Assembly: GCA_044892505.1 (NCBI GenBank)
Contig: CM097883.1
Span: 42,346,001 to 42,410,000, forward strand
Source of the DNA: Schmidtea nova
Taxonomy: Eukaryota
DNA: 64,000 bases
Direction of reading: 5' to 3'
Under the pieces are notes generated by a model. It saw only the letters and a list, made by a program, of their open reading frames with translations, did not search any database and was not told where the DNA came from. Position numbers and translations under genes: made by a program. Shown here one piece after another: positions 57,991-64,000 of this stretch (position 1 is the stretch's first letter; every line of letters begins with the position of its first letter).

Positions 57991-60203
57991 ATATAGATGA
58001 TGGACAAATTTTATTGAAAAAAGTCCCTACCGGAAGCCTTTTGTTATACAAAAATTCCTAACTGCTGATCGTAATATTTTGACAGGAAACCCCATTGTTC
58101 GTCGAAAAATTCAATATCTATTGTCTACTACAAATTGCCGTAAACCCATTGTTTAACTAAAATTCACCAGAATATTCTATTGAAACACACTTAGTGAACG
58201 ACCAGAAACCTATTGGCAGTTACATTCGCGCATTTATTGAGAAGCAACGATAACGTGAAAGTGTGGAAAATAGACTTTTCTTGGTGAATTGATGCCGTAA
58301 AATTATTCTATCTCTATATAAAGGAAATCCAACAATAGAGCGGAAATGCGATAGAAACACGCTGAAAATTCAATCCATTATATCACGAGTATACCACATA
58401 GTTAGGTAGCTTTAACAAATTTTCTGTTCCAATCCATATAGATTCCAATGATAGGGGAGCATTATTTGTAATTATTTATAAACAACTAATTTGTTGCTCC
58501 AGATAAATTCTGAAATATTCAATCTCAAGGCTAAGATTTGCGATGGAACTGAGAGTGGACGAACTCATTAGTCAACAAATGATATCAAAGCTATGACAAC
58601 TACTTATACATAGCCATGCCGTTAAAGGACATTTCGATATTGTTCGCCAAGGAACTATTCAAAGAGCATAAGATTACATTCATGTGATAAGAACTAGAGC
58701 CAAGGTTCATCCTACACCGGGACAGCCCGGACAAAATTGTCTGGCAAGGGAGTGCCAAATGGCCCATAAATGTGGATATCATCTATCCAACCGATATCTA
58801 TTCCAACCGATATATTCTAATGAAACTATTGACTCCCCCCTCAGTACTTCAGAGCCGGATGAGAATTGAACCAATACTGGTCCATATGATCGAAATGTAG
58901 TTATGTAAAATCTGATATCCGAATTTGTGTTTTAAAAATCTTTAAATTTTCGTTTAGTAATATATTATCGAACAAAAGTCTTGTTCCTAAATATTTTCAG
59001 TTGTAGTTATTAATTTTATTTGACTCCAAAAAAATTAGAATATTTTCGAATTATAGACTGTAAATATTAGATTTATCAAATAGTTGAACATTAGGTTTGA
59101 TTTTGCCAGAAAGTCATAGTAGGTTAGAGGTTTAATGGGTTATAAATAACAATTAATATAAAATGGTGAAAAATTGGGTTAAATTTAAAGTAGTAATAAT
59201 ACGTACTGATAGGAGAGGGTAAGAATTTCATATAGGGAATGGGAAACCGAAGGGTGAATGCGAAGGGAATGCAAAGCGAGGTTAATGATAGTGTAAGAAC
59301 AAACCGAGGAGAAATTATAAAAGGGTTGGATGTATTGTTCTTTTATTCTAGACAGAATTCGAAACGATGCGGAGACAAATGTCTGACGAAATGTACCGAA
59401 ACGAGAAGAGGTTTTCAGGGGAAGCCATGCCAAATATAGTAACGAACTTAAAGCGGAGATAATCGCAGTTAGAGAATAGCTCTTTCTCACCCCACGAAAT
59501 GAAGGTGGTGAATGACCGATTAAGCAGAGCAAAGCAAATTATCCTTGATTAACAATTAGAGATAGCCACCTTGAAGATTTAGTTGAATAATTGCCAACGT
59601 TACCTGACTCAAACTTTCTTCCGAAATGAGTTGAAGAACCAAATGCGACCGTTAACGCTAGACAATTGCTTCCCACTGCCCTTACAAGTGCTTGAAACGT
59701 CAGACACGCCTAGTCCAATCGACGGAAGAGTGCAAAAACGAAAACGGATTAACGAGATCAAAAGAAGGTGCCTAAGAAGAATTGCGTCTCCACTCAAGAA
59801 ACTCATTCTATTGACATAATCGATTAATTTATTTATAAGATTGTAGTGTATTAATTGGCAATATGTGATCAAGCTTTAATAAATATATTTTCCAAATTAT
59901 GTGTTTTTATTTTTATGTTTATTTGTTACGTTAATACTATTTTACATTAATATTTATTCAGTGTTGAGCCTAAATTGATAGCTTGTGATCGTTAGACGGA
60001 AATATTGTACACGATTGCTATTCTTCACAAAGTGTTGTAATAAGCACTGTATAATTATCTCATTTTATTGATTGGCTGCACCATTGTAATTGTTTACCCA
60101 ACTGTGATATTAATAAAGGTTGCTGTTGTTAATCTTTATTTTATTGATCCATAAAGCACGCTTTGGAGTCAGACAATTAATTAGTAAAATTCATTTTCAA
60201 CAA

Positions 60204-63200
60204 TATTTGGATTTTCATCCTTTGAAAATTGGCAATTAATTGATTCGCTAAATAGGTCCATAAAATTTATTTCAATACAATTATTAAAAACTTTACTGGT
60301 TTTAATTTGTTTCGATATTTAAAAAATTTTTACCATCTTCATTTTTTTTATTTTCAATTTTTCAATTTGAAATATTTTTCAATTTTAACTTTTAAATTTA
60401 AAATATTTAATATAACTTAAAAAAATAACTTAAATAACTTTAAAAATTTTTAGAATCTTCCAGCTTCCCTCATATCCCCCTTCTTTAGAAATTTTTTAAG
60501 TTTTTCCACGTTTCTTTCGATTTTTTACCATTATCGTTTCTTAGGATATATCGTCTGTCATGCACTTTCTCGATCACTTTGTATGGCCCCTCATATCTGT
60601 TCTGGTTTTTGTGGCGTGTTTCTAATTTTGCTAACACGTCTTCTCCAAAATTGAATTTCCTCCTTGTTTGTTCTTCCGTTTGTTCTTTTACCTGTTTTTC
60701 TTCGGACTCGTACCATTTTTCCCTGCTAATCTTTTTTTTCAAAAACTATCTCTGTCGGGCTTTTGCCTGTCGTTTATTGTTTAGTTGCATTTAATGTGAA
60801 TTCGACTTCTGGGAGTATCTCTGCCCAATCAGTCTTCTTTCTGTCCTGTAAAGTAGAGTTTATCAGATCCCGTATTGTCCTGAATTGTCATTCAATCTGT
60901 CCGTTTGTTTGGTGATGATATGGACTCGAAAAACATAAATTAATATTTATCTTCTTTGTGAATTCTCTCATCATTCCTGATTCAAATGGCTTCCCACAAT
61001 CAACTCTTATCTCCTTTGGGTAATCAAATCTTAAAATCCATTTTTCAAAAATCGTTTTCTTTATTGTTTCCTCGTCTTGTCTTGTTATGGCTGCCAAGAC
61101 TTGATACTTACTATACTGGTCTATTATGCCCAATATATACTTTTTACGTCCTTTGGTTTCTTGCATTGGTCCATATATATCCACGAATATGATTTTGAAC
61201 ATTTCAGTTGATTCTAGTTTCTTTACTGGTTCTTTCATTGTTATTATTATAGCCTTAGTTATTGACAAATCTCGCAAGTTCTAACAATTTTCTGAATCTG
61301 ACTCAATAAGTGTTTCCAAAAATATCTATCTTTCATATAATCGGCTATTTTCTCAATTCCAGCAGGACACAATAGTCCGTGTATTTCCTTTATAGTCTAT
61401 TGTATCTCGTTTTCAGGTATCATTGTTTTCTTTTGTACTTCTTCTTCCAAGTTTCTTTGTTGGCTGATGCTTTTCCCTTCTTCTCTGATCGAGTCTAATA
61501 ATTTAGTTTTTATCTTCCCTTGCTTAGCTTCTTCATTGGTCATTTGACACTGAGTACAGGTGTCACGCTTAATTCTCGACACCATGTCTGCATTTTGGTG
61601 ATTAGCAGTCTTTCTGTATTCTAAGACCATATCTAAACTGCTTAAATAATTGATCAAGGTTTGAAATTGTGAAGTAATTGGTTTCTTGGTTGTCATCATA
61701 AACGTGATCGCCTTGTGGTCTGTTCTGAGTGTGAATCTCCTTCCGTAGAGATAGTGCTTAAAATGAATGCAAAAGTAGTATACAGCCAATAGTTCCTTCC
61801 TTGTAATACAATACCCTTTCTTGTGGCTCGTCATCGAGTGTGATCCATACGCAATAACTCGTTCCTTTCCATCTTTATCTCTTAGTGAAAGTACCGCCCT
61901 AATGGTATCAAAACTGGCATCTGTATCTAAGATGAACTCCTTTTCCAGATCCGGAAAACATAGGATCGGTGCAGTCGTAAGTGCTCCCTTTAATACCTCG
62001 AGCACAATATTCGTTGCATCCGTCCTTTACAATTTTTGTTACTCTGGCCGATACATAATTGTTCTAACATCATGGCCTTTGCATACTCGTTGATGAATCT
62101 TCTGTAATAATTGCAAATGCCTAAAAAGCTTCGGAGTTTCTTTACGCAACTTGGCTTCCCAAACTTTTGTATAGCCTCAATCTTAGAAGGATCTGTCTGT
62201 ACTCCTTCTTTACTGATTATGTGTCCTATGAATCTGATTTCTTTCTGTAATATTTGACACTTTTCTGGGTTAATCTTTAGTCCTGCTTCTTTGATCGCCT
62301 TTAACACTTCCACCAAATATTACATAATGTTCTTCTTTACTGCTTGAATAAATCAAGATGTCGTCCAAATACACCATTTCCCCCACCTTTGTCATCATTT
62401 CCTGGAACGTACTTGGTGCTGCTGCAATTCCGAATGGCATTCTATTGAAACAGTATTGTCCGTTCTTTGTTGAGAAAGCTGTTTTCTCCTGTGATTCTTT
62501 CTCTAATTCAACTTGGCAATATGCATTACCTAGGTTGATTAAGCTGAAAAAGACAGCTCCTCCTAACAAATCCAACATCTTGTCTCTGTTCGGCATTGGA
62601 AATGCCTGTCCCTCTGTTACCGCGTTTAGCCGCCTGAATTCCAAACATAACCTTATATCTTTTTTCTCTTTTTTCCATACGCATATTAATGGCGTATTCC
62701 ATGGAGAGTTGCATTTCCGTATAATCCCGTTTTCATACAAATTTTGTATTGCTTATTCAATCTTTGTTTCCAGATTTAATGGTTGATGATATGGTTTTAT
62801 ATTAATCGGTTCACCTCTTGTAACTATCTTATGTTTTACCAAATGCGTACGACCCACATCCCATTTATCCGCCATGAACACGTTTCCACTGTTTTTTATT
62901 ATTTCTTTTAGCTTGCTATCTTCATTAATCTTTAGATGTTCCAAGGCTCGTGTCAACCGTTCTCCATCCTTTATTTGTCTGCCAAATTTTGCTTCAATGT
63001 TACAAATTTTGTTCTTGTCTTTTTCATTAGCTTTGATATTTTTCCTTTTCGACAGTATATATCCAAATACTTCTTGTAATTCCACTCCTCCAATTAAATC
63101 TGGTGTCACTTTCTACGCCACAATGAATAACTTCTTTAGAAATATCTCTAATAGTTACTTGGACTTTGGTTCTTCCTATTTTCTCAACCGTAATCTAGTT

Positions 63201-64000
63201 TGCGCATCGTAATTTATCATCGCTCCTCATCAATTGTTGTCTTCGTAACTTGTTAAAACAGTTCACACTCATTACGTTGATTCGTGTCCCGGTATTTAAT
63301 AAACAGTCGAAACTTTCCCATTCATCATAACTGTTACACTAGGTTTTCCTTGTAGCTTGTCATACACCGCACATAATATCAACATCTTTGATGTTACTTT
63401 TTCTTTTGTGAATTCTTTATTATCAAATACCCTGTTCACAGGGGCCTCCACCTTTTTAAAGTATGTTTCGATCTCTTCGCCTTTTCGCTTATAATTAAAT
63501 AAATTTTCCAAATTTTTTATTACATCTCTTTCAGAATCAAATGCCATTTGTAACCTCTCTTGAAATCCTTCTGCTTTTTTAAGTGTCTTTGCATAGGTTT
63601 CCAGTAGATACTAGTCAATCAGGCATGCTGTTAATCTTTCTTGTTCTTTTTTATTTCTGATGTCCTTAGCATTGAAATAGATTTCACATCTTTTAATAAA
63701 CTTCTCCAAGTCATCATCTTGGAAAAACACCTTTGGAAGTAATCTTTCTGTGATTTACTACTGCCACCATATTAGGATTTTCATCCTTTGAAAATTGGCA
63801 GTTAATTGAGTCGCTAAATAAATCCATAAAATTTATTTCAATACAATTATAAAAACCTTAACTGGTTTTAATTTGTTTCGATATTTAAACAAATTTACCA
63901 TCTTCATTTTACTTTTTCAATTTGATATATTTTTCAATTTTAACTTTTAAATTTAAAATATTTTCTAAATTTTTAATTTCACATTTTCAATATTTTGTAA
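60204..64000 (-). mobile_element. Decayed Ty3/Gypsy LTR retrotransposon; 5' LTR runs off or diverges at the window end
   Basis: LTR copies at 60204-60472 and 63770->63960; PBS TGGTGGCAGTAG (tRNA-Leu type) at 63758-63769; PPT aagggggata; fragmented gag/PR/RT (VYLDD)/RNase H/IN (VDIYGP, HHQTNGQIE, YEGPYKV). Confidence 0.9.

Noticed and set aside
59990-60001. cgttagacgg resembling the start of a flatworm spliced leader
   Set aside because: A 10-nt match is expected by chance; no following SL sequence, splice donor or Sm site.

Overview
AT-rich eukaryotic genomic DNA from an invertebrate (innexin genes, ~50-nt introns; a flatworm is plausible but not provable from this window), with five N gaps and dominated by mobile elements. 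The main feature is a young, structurally complete 13,992-bp Ty3/Gypsy LTR retrotransposon (25961-39952; 1226-bp LTRs, 4-bp TSD, PBS, PPT) with a retrovirus-like but non-standard layout. One reading frame, broken by a single TGA, encodes Gag - ubiquitin-like domain - AT-hook - signal peptide - chuvirus-like fusion glycoprotein - PR - RT - RNase H - IN - signal peptide - FN3-like ectodomain - TM. A separate ORF encoding a REX4/ISG20-like exonuclease with altered catalytic motifs runs into the 3' LTR. Also present: two near-identical inverted intronless innexin genes lacking one extracellular disulfide pair; a nearly intact NeSL-type non-LTR retrotransposon with Ulp1 protease domain(s); a 5'-truncated RLE non-LTR element; two decayed Gypsy elements; a small non-autonomous LTR element; a solo LTR with a nested piggyBac-type MITE; mariner and hAT relics; a probable Polinton/Maverick terminus with satellite arrays; and an ANAPC2-like pseudogene fragment. 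All family assignments come from motif recognition by eye; no database searches were run.
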